Shown one piece after another: positions 49,311 to 61,995 of a DNA stretch of 64,000 bases (position 1 is the first letter of the stretch; each line of letters begins with the position of its first letter). The position numbers were made by a program, and so were the translations under genes. This stretch comes from Camelus dromedarius. Lineage: Eukaryota. The DNA is taken from positions 49,230,001 through 49,294,000 of the forward strand of contig NC_087437.1 in the NCBI RefSeq assembly GCF_036321535.1, written 5' to 3'. The notes beneath the pieces were generated by a model. The model was not told the DNA's origin, ran no database searches, and was given only the letters and a program-made list of their open reading frames with translations.

Positions 49311-50964
49311 GTTTGTTCAAGAGATAATAATAATACTAACAATAATAATAAGAGGAAGAATGTTGGTTTTTAAGGGAATTCATCACTAGACCAGCAGGAA
49401 ACTGTGTTCCGTGAACTACTAGTTCCTTGAAAGAGTAATGGGACTCTAAAAGGGAAGAGGAGGGTAAAAAGTAAAATAAATGTAGGAAATTCTGGTATAA
49501 ACAAAATGAAACCAGACTGGTATTATAGAACTCTTCCAAGCCTTTAATAGCCACTATTGTTGGTGAAGCTCTATGAGGGTGATGTAGGAGGCAAGTTTCC
49601 TGACCCATTTGAACATGTTTCTCTGGACCCATTAAGTCCTGGGAACTCTTTGGAAAACTCTTTAATAGACAACCTTGGTTATAACTTATACAGGGAAGTA
49701 GGAATTGTTCTATTAGCAAATGATGTGTTTCCACATCAGAGACTTTGAAAATACATATTCTAACATTTTCAAATTCACATAACATCCCATATGCTAGAAA
49801 ATCTAGGGCTTTCGGGAAAGTGTGATATGATTCCAGTAATAATTGATATTAACTAAAATAGAAGTGAATCAGCACAGAGAGCAAAGCTAGGCTTGGGGAA
49901 GGGCAGAGAGGGAGGGAGGAGAGAACCCCGCCTAGGGGACAAGGGAAGGGGGAGGATTTGGGGAAGGGAACGGAGGCCTGCTGGAAAGATGGACACGGGG
50001 TGGGCTCCAGGTTGCAGAGAGAGCCAGCAAAAGTGGGAAATGTCCTTGGAACCCTGGGAAATCAACAAGGAGGTGTATTCTGAGGATGCCAAGCAGAGGG
50101 TCCTGATTTTGCTAAGCACCACCTTGTTTACCCTCAGCTGTTTCTGTGTAACCAGAGGCAGTGTGTGTAGGAATTTTTGTTCTACACAAGTGCACTTATT
50201 TGCAAGTCAATGGAAACAATACTCGTGAAAGTCAACACTGCTTTGAATGATTTGTCAGTTTCTTTAGAAAACATGGTTGTGTCCTAAGGGCAACTCCCAG
50301 GTGATTCCATAGTGGGAGTCTGGCTACGTATTCTTCACAGTGGAATTGCTATACAGTGGTTACCGAAGCCCAGAAAGATTTCACAGGGCACCCTAAGGCC
50401 AGCTCACAGCATGAACCTCGAGGAACATTTAACAGTGAGATGCACTGCCTGTCTTCTTCTCATCCGCCTACTCAGCTCAGCTCCTCTGAACAACATCCAC
50501 TTTGTTTTCCAAGTCAGAAATCTCAGAACTATCCTTGGTTTCACCCTCTCCCAAACCACACAACCAAAGAGTCATACAGATGATTTAAGTCCAATGTAGT
50601 ATTTTGTTTTATTGTGAAATTGTTAAATAAATGCATCCTCATAGTAAAATTGACAGGCAGATAAAAGGATAAAGGAGCAGGGGAGAAATCACTCAAGCCT
50701 GGGGTTACTATTTTCTAGTATTTTTTCATGAAGTTTTCTTTCAAGTTCTGTATACAATTTTGAATCAGATTTTATGTTTCAAACCTATTGTTGACTCTCT
50801 TACTCTCCGTCATTCACTACAACTTATTTCAGACCTTCCCTCACCTGAAATAAAGTATTTGCTGCCCCTGGGGACCCAGGGGTGAGCAAAGCAAGAGCGA
50901 ACCCTGCTCTCAGGGAGCTTATAAACAATACCTCTCAATCTTTCCCCCTTCTTTAGCAGAAGGA

Positions 50965-51290
50965 GACTCATACAGTTCATACTTTTCTGTGGCTTGCTTT
51001 TTCTTCTTAACATTGTATCTTGAAGATCATTTAATATTCTTTCCTTGTATCCTTGCATCATGATACAACCTATTGATGGACATTTACAATGTTTCCAATC
51101 TTTTACTATTGCTAACAGAGCTACAATAAACAACCCTGTACATGTGTCATTTCACACACGTGGGAACAGAGCTGTAGGATGGATTCCTGGGAGTAGGGCT
51201 TGGGTAGAAATTACCAAATTGCCGTCCACAGAGGTTTACCGAGTAACATTTTATCAGCAACCTATAAGGGTGCCAGTCTCCCCACCACCT
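50965..51290 (-). mobile_element. Old L1 (L1ME/MD-type) fragment
   Basis: Minus-strand ORF FIVALLAIVKDWKHCKCPSIG is a decayed ORF2 C-terminus. Confidence 0.65.
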
Positions 51291-54200
51291 TGAAATAAAT
51301 ACTCTCTATTCTCTTCTAAAAACCACTTGGTGACCTAAGGAAATCCCATAGCTGATAGAACTGAAGGAGATGTCAGGGGAAAGGTAAGGATTCTTTCTTC
51401 CTGAGGCTACCAAAGAACTTTTCTTTACAGAGGTCCAGGTTTATTTTTAAGGTCCCTTTATTCCTTAAAAATAAAAATAAAAAAATTTTTAAAAAGGAAG
51501 AAAATGCTACAATGCTACTACATAGGTACCACAAGTTGGAACAGATTTCTTTCCCGTGTTTCCAACTAAACCAGGCACTTAAAAAGATACAGGGCGCCAC
51601 TCAGGGTTGTTGGAGCAGTAGGGGAAAGCAGAGCTCATCTGCAATCAGATGGCCACTCGGGAGAGCAATCTGTGTGCTCCTACCCACAGGGCGGCCAGTT
51701 TCAACTGGAACATGTGCAGGGCCCATTTGCCAGCTGCTTTGTGCAGTGGTTATGATCCCCGTCTTAGAGGCTGGGGCAGGTTAGGAGAGAGTGCCCATGT
51801 TGTACAACAGAATATCTGAGCTGCCCTTTATGCCTACCTATTTCTTTCCCTGCTTTCACCCTTTTGTGTGTTTTTAATGGGGATAAGTGTGAGATGTACT
51901 GGAATGCAATCACATTGTGGTCTTAAAAGGATCTCTGATGATAGAAAATATGTCAATTTATTATTTCCCTCGGGACAGAGAAAAAAGTACAAAGGTTCAA
52001 TGGATGATGAAGATAATACTTGTGCACTGTATAGCATTTTCCAACAAAAGATTTTACGGTGATTTTCCTTTAAAAAGTATTTTAGTCCCATTTTGTAGGT
52101 GGGGAGACCAGAAGATTTCGTAGTGACTAAAATGTCCTAGTGGTGGGACCCTGCATAGAGTCAGCATCTCTATGATCCTTTCTAGGCTCTTTTCACTCCC
52201 TCTAGTGGAATTTGGTTCTTCACATCAGAGTTTTGTACAGCAAATAGCAAGCACTGTGCTATTGTGCATGATCTTTTGGGTACCAGAGCCACAGTCTCAT
52301 CACATCTTCAACCTGATGGCTATGCCTGTGATCGTAACTATCTCATGTACCTACAGCTCCAATTTCCTTAAATAACAATTAGCCCAGCGGATCCTGGGCG
52401 ACTCTCGAGTGCACGAAGCATTCTGGTGAGGCTCAGCAAGGAGGTAGCCCCTTGTTATTTGTCACGCAGGGTCATTCATAATGAATCAACAAAGCATTGA
52501 CAATAGTTTTCTTGTAAACTGAACAAACCTTATAAATGGTGTGTGGTCTCCCCTCCCCCATGAATTAGTTCCTTTGTCCTGAAATGTGTGGTTAGCACAG
52601 ATACTCATTCTGCTCTGCTGGGAGAGTGGCGGAGTCTAGGGAGGCACCCGGAATGTGCAAGACAAGTCGACATTTTACATTTTGGTCTTCTGTTTCAGAG
52701 CTGGAAATAGCTCATTTGTACCTTGAAAAGTCAGAGAAAAATACCTAGGTGGAAAACATAGGAAACTTTCTAGGCTATCTGAGTGATCAATTTTAGGGCA
52801 TGAATGTGATTGCTACTTCCTCTCTTTTATGTGTACAAGGATGAAAGGAAATTAAGACTGTAGAAACAGTTTTTTAAATGCTTTGTATGGCTGCTTGAAA
52901 TTCATTGTATGATTGCCTGTTTTTTAAAAACCTAAATAAGGAGGGCTAAAGTACTTAGAAGGAAACTAATTGCTTTAAGCTTTTCCTCCTCAGTGTATGC
53001 TGTTCTCTGCTGTTATATAATCTTGGATATTGAGCAACTGAATGAAAGAATCAGTGTCTTACTTAAAGTAAAGGAACAAACATCATTTATTGCTGGCATC
53101 TTTAGCTCCTGGCGGGGGAAGGGGCATATTTCATAGTTAAATTTACTGTCATTTAGAGTGCGTAATGTCAACTCTATTATCAAAAAACTGAAACAAAAAT
53201 TCACAGAATGGAAAAGAGCAAATCTATGTGGAAGGAGGTTTTTTAAATCTCGAAATGTTTGAATGTTGCTGCTTGTCTTTATAAAAAGGCAAATTATGAT
53301 GGCATAATTTCTGACATGTTGTTACCAGATAGGTTGTGTGTTGGAATGTATATTGGATCAAATTGATAGATTGCTATGAGAAAAGAACTGCAATATTCAA
53401 ACTTGACTTCACGGATAAAATTATTTCCAGAACTATACTACATTAATACCACTTATTTCATTTCAGATCTAATTTTACTTCATGGTAAATTTTTATTAAA
53501 GTGTATGAATGTGTTTTTCTCTTTTAAAAAGAGTTGCCAAAATCATTGCCAACACATGAAAATAAGTCAATGATTAAGATCACATAAACCCATGTAATAT
53601 GTATATTCAATCCAGAATTGTTTTAGGGTCATTGTAGCCATAGAGTTTTCAAATAAATCATTTGAATATAAAAGTAGATTATGTATTTCCCCTGTGGCTG
53701 GCCAAATGTCTTTTCAACAAAGGGTAAAATAAGAAGGCTATTTTTTGTGTAAAAGAGTGATCTTTTTAGTCATGCTTGGCTGCCTTTTCAGGACTGTCTC
53801 CATTTATAATGAGATATTCTTGAACTCATTTGAACCAGAAAGTTTAGTAAATTTGTGGTACATTTTTACATGAAATATCATGATTTGTTTAAAATGATCA
53901 GGGTAGAGCAAAGGAGAGTAGATTAATGATTGTTTTGATATCTAGATTATAATTTTGAAATGACATTTAAATTGGACAAAAGCTAGAATATTGAAAATAT
54001 ATATTTATTTACTTTATTATTTCATACATCTTGGCAGTTCTAATTTCATCTTATTGTCTGCTTAAAGGTATACTTGCTATTCAAATCTCAGTTAAATCTC
54101 AGTTGAAGCTGTCATAAAGACTATTATAACAATAGTTGTTATAGTCATAGTTTTCAGGGTTCTTGACATTGAAAAGTGGTGATAGCTCTTCCAGAATAAT

Positions 54201-57200
54201 GAGGAAAAGTATTTCCTGTAATTTCATGGCTCTAATTTGTAGTAGATTTCACTTACGTGCAAATTTGAAAATACTAACTTTTTCCTTTTCTTTATAAACA
54301 TGGTAAAAAATTCCTGAAAATGAAATACACACATGTACATACACACACACACATATAGTGGGTGAAAGGGATCTTTTTGAAAACTGAAAGTAAATTTTGA
54401 CACATTCATCAACATATGAAAACATGTTTATGTTATTCTCTTGTGTTTAACATTCTCTACATTTAATTTTTTTCTAATATACTCAAAGCTCATTTTAAAA
54501 AAACTGTTTGTTATATAATTTTTACAGTTACAGGCAGAAAAATCAGTTAATAGATCTTACCTTGATATCAAAAATCAACTCCATATTATACTTATTCCCA
54601 ATCTTATTTCTCTAATTGTACTTTGAAATAGACACATTATTTCATATTTGTATTTTTCTCAAACCCTCTATTTTCTCTATAACTACCCTGCAAAAAATGC
54701 CATTTTTTTCTGTTTTTTTTTTTTGCCTTTCCCTGATTTTTACAGCAAATGATGTGTCATATCTCTCCTGAAATTGACCATTCTTTTCAGAAAAGATTTT
54801 TTTCTTTTTTGGCCTGTGGTGTTACACTGAAAAAGTCACCCAGCTAAAATGAGTTACTTCATTTCCAAATAAAAACAATAGTGTTTTCATGCCTGCACTT
54901 ATTATTATTCTGAGAATGTACTAATTTGTTACATCCAGGATGACGGTTCGTTGGGTCTGTGAAAAGGGCAGTGTGCCAACTATAGCAGGGAAGTAAAAGG
55001 ACTTCTTTCATGGGAAGTAGTGGGACAGAAAGTAGCCCGCAGTTCAGTGGGTATCGGGAGGCACGCTGCCAGTGGAGTCATCCCAGGATCAGGGTTTCCT
55101 GTGTTGGGTGCTGAATCAAGCAAAAACTATGGTTTCACTTAATGTCAGCCTGGACAGCCAGATTTTTCAAACCCGCTATTGCACTAAGGAGCAACTGATA
55201 ACTGTTTTATCCCCACAGGCACTGGCTGATGTGGCACAAGGGTTTTGAATGTATGCAGTGCATTATTACTTTTGGCATTAAGCTTAGGTAATTGTCTACT
55301 TACCCTGAGCTGGTAATAGCAAAATACAAGTGCAGGGTATTTTTATAAAATAAAATGGCAAAATAGATTTATCTATATTATTATGGGTTTTTTGTTTTTT
55401 TACTGCTGTTCTCCCGTATTAAATTTGAATGATAATGAAGTTTGATTCTATACCTTTATTCGGCTCTAAACCAGGGTGGTCTCATAATTTTGTTTTACAT
55501 GCATGACATTGCTTAAGGTCATTAGTTGTAAATCGTAGTATAAAAAGGCTGAAAATATATTCAGTACTTTGTAGTTTCCGAATACACATTTAAGAGCTGC
55601 TATGAAAAGTCGAGACCTACATGGCAGATTTTCTGGCACTGAATGGTCAATTTAGTGATGTAGATTAGTAAATCCAAATAGTAAGTGGAGAGAGACTATA
55701 ATAATGCTTTGATATGTCCCTCTGTTGAAGCATATCCTGGTTGATCTAGTTTCTGTTATTGTGATATTTTTCTTTGCCTTTTGGCAAAATGCTCTCTATT
55801 TTCTTATTTTTTAAGAATATAACCCAGATAAAATGATCAGTTTTTAAAAATAATTTTCATCTCCTTTGGTACCACTGAACTAATAAATGTGAAACAGATT
55901 TGTATTGATGAATTGAATTTTATTTTGTTGGAGTAAAAAACTTTCCTTTGAGAACATTTGCTTTTTGTTCAACATGTATTTGTCGAGTTTCCTTTTGATG
56001 TAAAGTTTTAATTCATGGTCCCTTTTATTTTAAAAGGAAATATACTGTAAATAACATTTAAACCACAACCATTTTAATAATAATAACAATAACAATGATG
56101 ATGTTATTTTATCTAAATCTTGAAATAGGTCTTACTTAAAAAAAGGACAGACCTTAACTTGGTGTTTTGGGTCCTGTTTCATTTTTGTAACTGTTCGTAT
56201 TCCTCGGAAATGAAAACAAGTTCTACTTCTTGTAATTTCCCACAGGTGACGAATTAGATTTTCTTGATAATTTACTTCAAAATGAAGGGGCTGTATGTAT
56301 TATTCTTTTTCATTCAAATGGAAACTGGCTGAATTTACAATAAAGACAACTGAAAATTGGAATTGTTTAAAAATAAAAACAAAAATACACCGTTGTAACA
56401 GATTTTAAATGAAGTAGATTATCAAGTGGACTGCTAATTTTCCCTTCCCAAAATGTTGGATATTTAACCCTCAGAATAATTAAATATTTGTAATAAAGCA
56501 GTTAATTCAAGCAGTTTATTGCTGTAATTTGCAAAAGTACATTGAGCTGCTTTCTTTTCAGCTCATTGATGGAGGAACAAACATTTCTTTAATAAGACTA
56601 CAGCACATTCTAATTTTGTTGCAAAAGCTTAGATAAGGATCAGGCCCCCTCTGAATCACTGCATTGACCTATGACATTGAAAGTGCTGAAGCTCTTTGGC
56701 AAAAGAAGAGTTAGACAGTCATTATTATGCACAGGACTTTCCAGTTCTAAAGGGGCTCTGTGCTTTCTCTCAGATAGACTTTGTTTGTTGGAAATGAGAA
56801 CTGTATTTTGGCAGCAAAGGACCAGAACTGAAGCTACTCTGCAGGCAGACTCATTATGACATAATCCTTCATTAATCCTCATTCTCTATTAATAGATCAT
56901 GCAGAAGTTTTGCCTTAGTTGATCATCTTCATCAAGGAGCTATGAAAAAGCATTACCGGTGAAATGCCCACCTCTGGTTTTAAGGCTGCTGGTTTATATT
57001 CATCCTTATTAGTGGCAAAGATTACTGGTGAAAATAATCTCTTGGACTTTGCTTAGTATACAAATGACATATGAGCACCTAAAAAATCTGATGTAACTGG
57101 ATCTTGGTGTTTTGGGGGTAAAACTCACCCGGGAAGAAAATACACGATTTAACAATTAAAAAGAAAGGTTTCTCAGGCTAAAATATCCTCTGGTGAGATA

Positions 57201-58077
57201 AAGGGGTTCTAGCTGTAGAAGCATGGGAATAGTGGCTGAACAGCCCAAGTTCCCATATTACTTCAGGAAACAAGTTATCATAAAATATACATACATTACT
57301 GTTACTGAGCAGATTGGATCAATCTTGAGAAGCTGAACTTTTTGAGATGAGTGAGTAGGGGTGCATTTCCTTTAATAATACATGTGTGTGCTTGATTTTG
57401 TCCAAATTATCTGCTCATATCAGAAATTGGAGCTGCAACTTTCTGTTTGTTAGATTTTTATCACACCCTTCCACAGCATTTTGGGACTCATGTAAAAATG
57501 TATTTAGAGACAGTAAATAAATAAATGTGCCTTGCTGGGGAGTTTTTGCCATCTGTTTGTTTTTGTTGAATTTTGTAACACTCTTGGGGTCACTGGTGAG
57601 CCAGAAGTTCCCACAGCAAGTCTGCCTCTTTGGTTCTGCCTGAAACCTCCCTGAGTCCCATGACCTCCTGCTTTGCCTGACTCTACACACCAAGTCTTTG
57701 ACTGATCTTTGTTGATAAACCCAAAACCTCACTGGAAGGGATAGTTTAGGAACATGAGGAAGAGATTCTAATGATATTTCTTTCATCTTTAGTCCATAGA
57801 GTTTGATTATTACGAACTAAAATACTATCAGTGGGGAGAATATGTGGTTAAGCAGTATGAACATTTTCCTAGAGGAATATGCTGGAAACCCTTTTTCTGT
57901 GGTTGACAGGTAATTGGTCTGGTAGGAATGTGCTCATCATGTTGAATCATTAAGGAGATTGTGCTTAGTAGAACTGGCTGACAGCCCCAGATTGACCCCT
58001 GATAATAATGCCACTAATTCTTACAATATTAGAAAATACGCAGGCTGTAAAAAAAAAAAAAAAAAAAACTGTTGGGA

Positions 58078-58366
58078 ACTCACAGACATAGAAAATAAAG
58101 TATGGCTACCGAAGGGGAAAGGGCAGAGGAGGGATAAATTAGGAGTTTGGGATTAATAGATACACATATATAAAAATATATAAACAATTAGAACCTACTG
58201 TATAGCACAGAGAAATATATTCAATTTTTTATAGTAACATATAATGGAAAAGAATCTGAAAGGAAAATATGTATGTGTGTATATGTATAACTGAATCACT
58301 TTGCTATATACCTTAAACTAACATTGTCAACTACACTTCAGTAAAATATAAAATTAAAAAAAAAAA
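58078..58366 (+). mobile_element. 5'-truncated cetartiodactyl-type L1 3' end with TSD
   Basis: ACTCACAGACATAGAAAA...CCTACTGTATAGCACAG...ACTGAATCACTTTGCT...poly(A); flanked by A(n)CTGTTGGGA and A(n)CCTGTAGGGA. Confidence 0.9.
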
Positions 58367-59304
58367 CCTGTAGGGATATATATTTATTTTGTTTTGCACG
58401 TATTTGTGGATTAAACAAAACTCAAGGAAGTTAATGAAGTTGTCCATGAGCACTCAAATTGTAATGGTTTAATTTGGCTTCTATCCAGGCCTTCTCATCT
58501 CTTAATGTTTTTATTTATATATTTTAGTAGGAGAACTAAGATTTACTGAATAACTCTTATAAATAGACCACCTCTCTAGGGACTTTACATAAATGATCAA
58601 AATTAATTTTAGATTTAATAGTGTAAGCTAATTGAAAGAGAATCACCATAGCACTCCAAGGCAAAAGCTGCATTTTCTAGGCTCTTGATATTCAAACTGT
58701 GCTGGAACCTGGGTTGATACCATGCTCAGAGGTCAGTTCAGTCAAAGCCTGAAAGGTCAAAATATGATTAGTGCTGGTGATTTGGTGGCTCTTTTTTTTG
58801 TTCACAAGAAGTGGCTGGTGGTGGATGGTAAGGCAACGTAGACTCTGTATATAGTATTCAGCTAATAAAAGGGTATCTTTATGATAGCAAATGTTCATAC
58901 TCTTAAGAATCTACTAAATAGGAACTTCAAAGTTACCATGACCAAACCAGGACCTGCAAACCTGAAAAGCGAGTCAACCTCCCCATAGTGGGCAGCTTTT
59001 CAGAAATGTTTGGACAGATCTTCATTTATTTGCTTCAATCTGAGGTTGTGCTTGGCAGTAATAACATGACATTTAGTTAGTTCCTATTTAAGGAGATTCT
59101 ACATAACAAAAGTATTGTTACATATAAAAAAAGTAAGGATTAGAAAATGTTTTAAGAAATGTATTTAACATTTAACAAAAATGTGGATCATAGCAATTTG
59201 GCCTTTGCTTTTCTTGCTGAGTTTCTGGTGTTTGGATATTTAAGAGCCACAGAGCTCCCCATCAGACCATTGCAAATTGCTCCTGGACAGACTTTGTCCT
59301 CTCC

Positions 59305-59794
59305 TATATTATTTTCCTATTGTGGTAATAAATTACCACAAATTTAGTGGCTTAAAACAATCCAAATTTATTATCTTACAATTATGGAAGTCAGATGTCT
59401 AAAATGAGTCCACAGGGCTGCATTCCTTTGGGAGGCTCCAGGGAGAATCTATTCCCTTGACCTTTCCAGCTTCCAGAGGCCATGAACATCCTTTGGCTTG
59501 TGGCTCCTGCCTCCGTCTTTAAAGCCAGCAAAAAGCACAGGATGTTCACATTTCTTTCTATCCCTTACCTTCTTGTTCCACACCTTCTCTCTGGCTGTGA
59601 CTCCTCTTGCATCCTTCTCATAAAACTCCTGCGGTTACATCTCGGGCCCACCTGGATAATCCAGAATAAACTCCCCATCTCAAGATCCTTAACCTGATCA
59701 CCTCTGCAAAGTCCCTTTGCCATCAAGGTAACATTCTCAGTTTCCAAAGACTAGTGTGTAAACTTCTTTAAGGACTATTTTTCAACCAACCACA
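59305..59794 (-). mobile_element. MaLR solo LTR (MLT1D-like)
   Basis: AAATTACCACAAATTTAGTGGCTTAAAACAA...GGGCCCACCTGGATAATCCAG...ATCTCAAGATCCTTAAC...ACCACA; 5-bp TSD TCTCC / TCCCC. Confidence 0.9.
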
Positions 59795-59862
59795 TCCCCT
59801 GACCCTCAGGAAAGAATAGGGGACTGTCTTCTATTTCCTCAGGCATGAAATAGTGCTGAGAT

Positions 59863-60016
59863 CAGTGGTTTACATACCTTGACTGGGGAGGTTTTTAAAA
59901 TCCTAATACCTGGAGTGAGCTGATTACATCAAATCTGTTGGGGTGGCTCACAAGGCATCAGCTATTTTGAAACCTCCCCAGATGGTTCCAATATGCCACC
60001 AAGGTTGAGAGCCAGT
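59863..60016. mobile_element. MER5A-like MITE
   Basis: CAGTGGTTT...CTCCCCAGATGGTTCCAATATGCCACCAAGGTTGAGAGCCAGT. Confidence 0.7.
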
Positions 60017-61319
60017 CATTAAGATTGTCTCCTTTTCTTTTTGAAGGCCCTCTTGGGTCATGAACTGGATATATGAAAGTGCCTCAGTTTCACCAAAGTG
60101 ACTTCAAAGTTTGTTAAGAGGCAGACAAAAATGTCTAGAGAATGCATATTTTAATGGTTCAATATTTGTTAGATTAGATTAACCTTAGGGTGTTATAGTC
60201 AAGATGGGAGACAACTTATCCTGTAGTTATCAAGTTCAAGCACTTATGATTTTAATTACCTAAGTCTATAGATGAATCATGTATATATTGAATATGCAAA
60301 TTAAAAAGTACTTTTTTTAAAGACTTTTTCCCATAATAGTATGAATTCAGAGCAACATCTCACATGCTGTTTGAGCTATAAATCAATGATACTGAGTGTA
60401 ATTCAATACTCTGAAATTGAAATTTGCTTAACAATGAGTTACATGAATTTGAATCTGAAATAATTCCTGCCTTTTAATAAATTACACTGTATGTCTTCAT
60501 TTAAAGTTTACTGCATGGTTGGAAGACTCTGGTGATTTTGAAGGGCTTATTTTGGTTGAATTCAATTAAATTACAATCACTGAATCATCAAGACCTTTAG
60601 CCATCACATAATTTTGACTCTCTTCCAGTGTGGAGATATAGATATGTGTATACGTATGTCTCCAGATAATTGCTACTAAAGAAAAAAGAAAGACTGAGTT
60701 GAGATTATTTTTACTCCATTGACTGAATCTTTGTTTTGTTCATGGGTTTTTACTGGTCATTTTTATTTCCTAAGGTTGGAGAAGTTCAACTATGTACTGG
60801 GCTCCACTGAGGAAAAGGGTTTAGGAGACAAGTTACAAGATGCCATTAACATACAATGATCAGTTGGTGTTTATGTTTTTGATGCTACAAAGACAACAAG
60901 GAATGTAATGGCTACATTTTTCAGATGAGGACATAAAGTCTAACAAACAATGTTAGCCCTATTTCCACATAGAAAATGAAGTGTGGAAAATGTATCCATA
61001 CTAAGTTACTGGATTGCACAGGGCATTTTCATAGGTCATGGGGGCAATGAATAAATCATTTGAAATCAAACTGTCCTCCAGATTTATTCCAAAAGTAGAC
61101 TCAGTTCTAAGTAATTTATTAGATTCTTATTAATAATTTAAATAATAGGAAATATTTATTACAAATAACTAAATACCAATATAATAAATAAATTATATTA
61201 TATAAAATACCAAATCTCTCAACTATGTTGGAGAAAGGAGTGTTCCATTAGCATTTTTGGCAAACACTAAAAACACAAGAAAACCCACACAGAAGGCATT
61301 ATATCAATGCATATAAAAT

Positions 61320-61435
61320 AAATAATAGCTACTGCATAATGCACTTTAAATAAATTGCGTCATTTAATTTAATACTCACAATAACCGATATAATGCAAGT
61401 ACCCCATTTCACAGATGAGAAAACTGAGGTAGAAC
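61320..61435 (-). mobile_element. MIR SINE remnant
   Basis: CCCCATTTCACAGATGAGAAAACTGAGG. Confidence 0.7.
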
Positions 61436-61834
61436 CAGGAGGCACACCTAAATGTGATTCTCAACTGCCCTGGATCACTTCAGTTTGAGCTATTGAAGGC
61501 TTGAACTAACTTTCAAATGCTGTGGATTCACAGTTGAAAAAGCTATAATCCCAGATCAAGAGATAAGAACAAGCACAGGACAAAGCTTTGTGGCCAGATT
61601 GGTTTGCAGGACATAATGAGATTAGAATGAGAAATTTTACTACAAAGGACAGGTCTCCAAGAAGCTTGATTTTTTTCCTTTGGAAATATATCATGTGTGG
61701 GTTTAAACTATCTGCAAGATGATATTGATTCCTGTCTGTGTGTGTTCCAAGTTGAAAATCCTGATCATATGGAGGTAAATTTGTTCCATTTTAATTTTAG
61801 TCTATATATAAAATATCTAAATTTTTTCATGAAT

Positions 61835-61995
61835 CAGTGTTTCTCAACCTGATCCTTAAATCACAAGGATTAGAATTACCTGCTTGTTAAAAATACACTT
61901 TCTGGATCCTACTTTAGATCATCTGGATCAAACTGTCTAAGGTCAGGGCCTGGAGAAGCTGTCTTTCTTTTTACCAACTGATCAGGTGATTTGTG
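61835..61995. mobile_element. MER5-family MITE remnant
   Basis: CAGTGTTTCTCAACCT...TTAGAATTACCTGCTTGTTAAAAATAC...CAGGGCCTGG...CAGGTGATT. Confidence 0.6.

Noticed and set aside
49336..50599. ORFs of 90-150 aa in unique sequence
   Set aside because: No domain similarity or codon pattern, often non-ATG starts, and no processed-pseudogene hallmarks.
51650..51668. CTCF-like motif TGGCCACTCGGGAGAGCA
   Set aside because: Three mismatches at high-information core positions.
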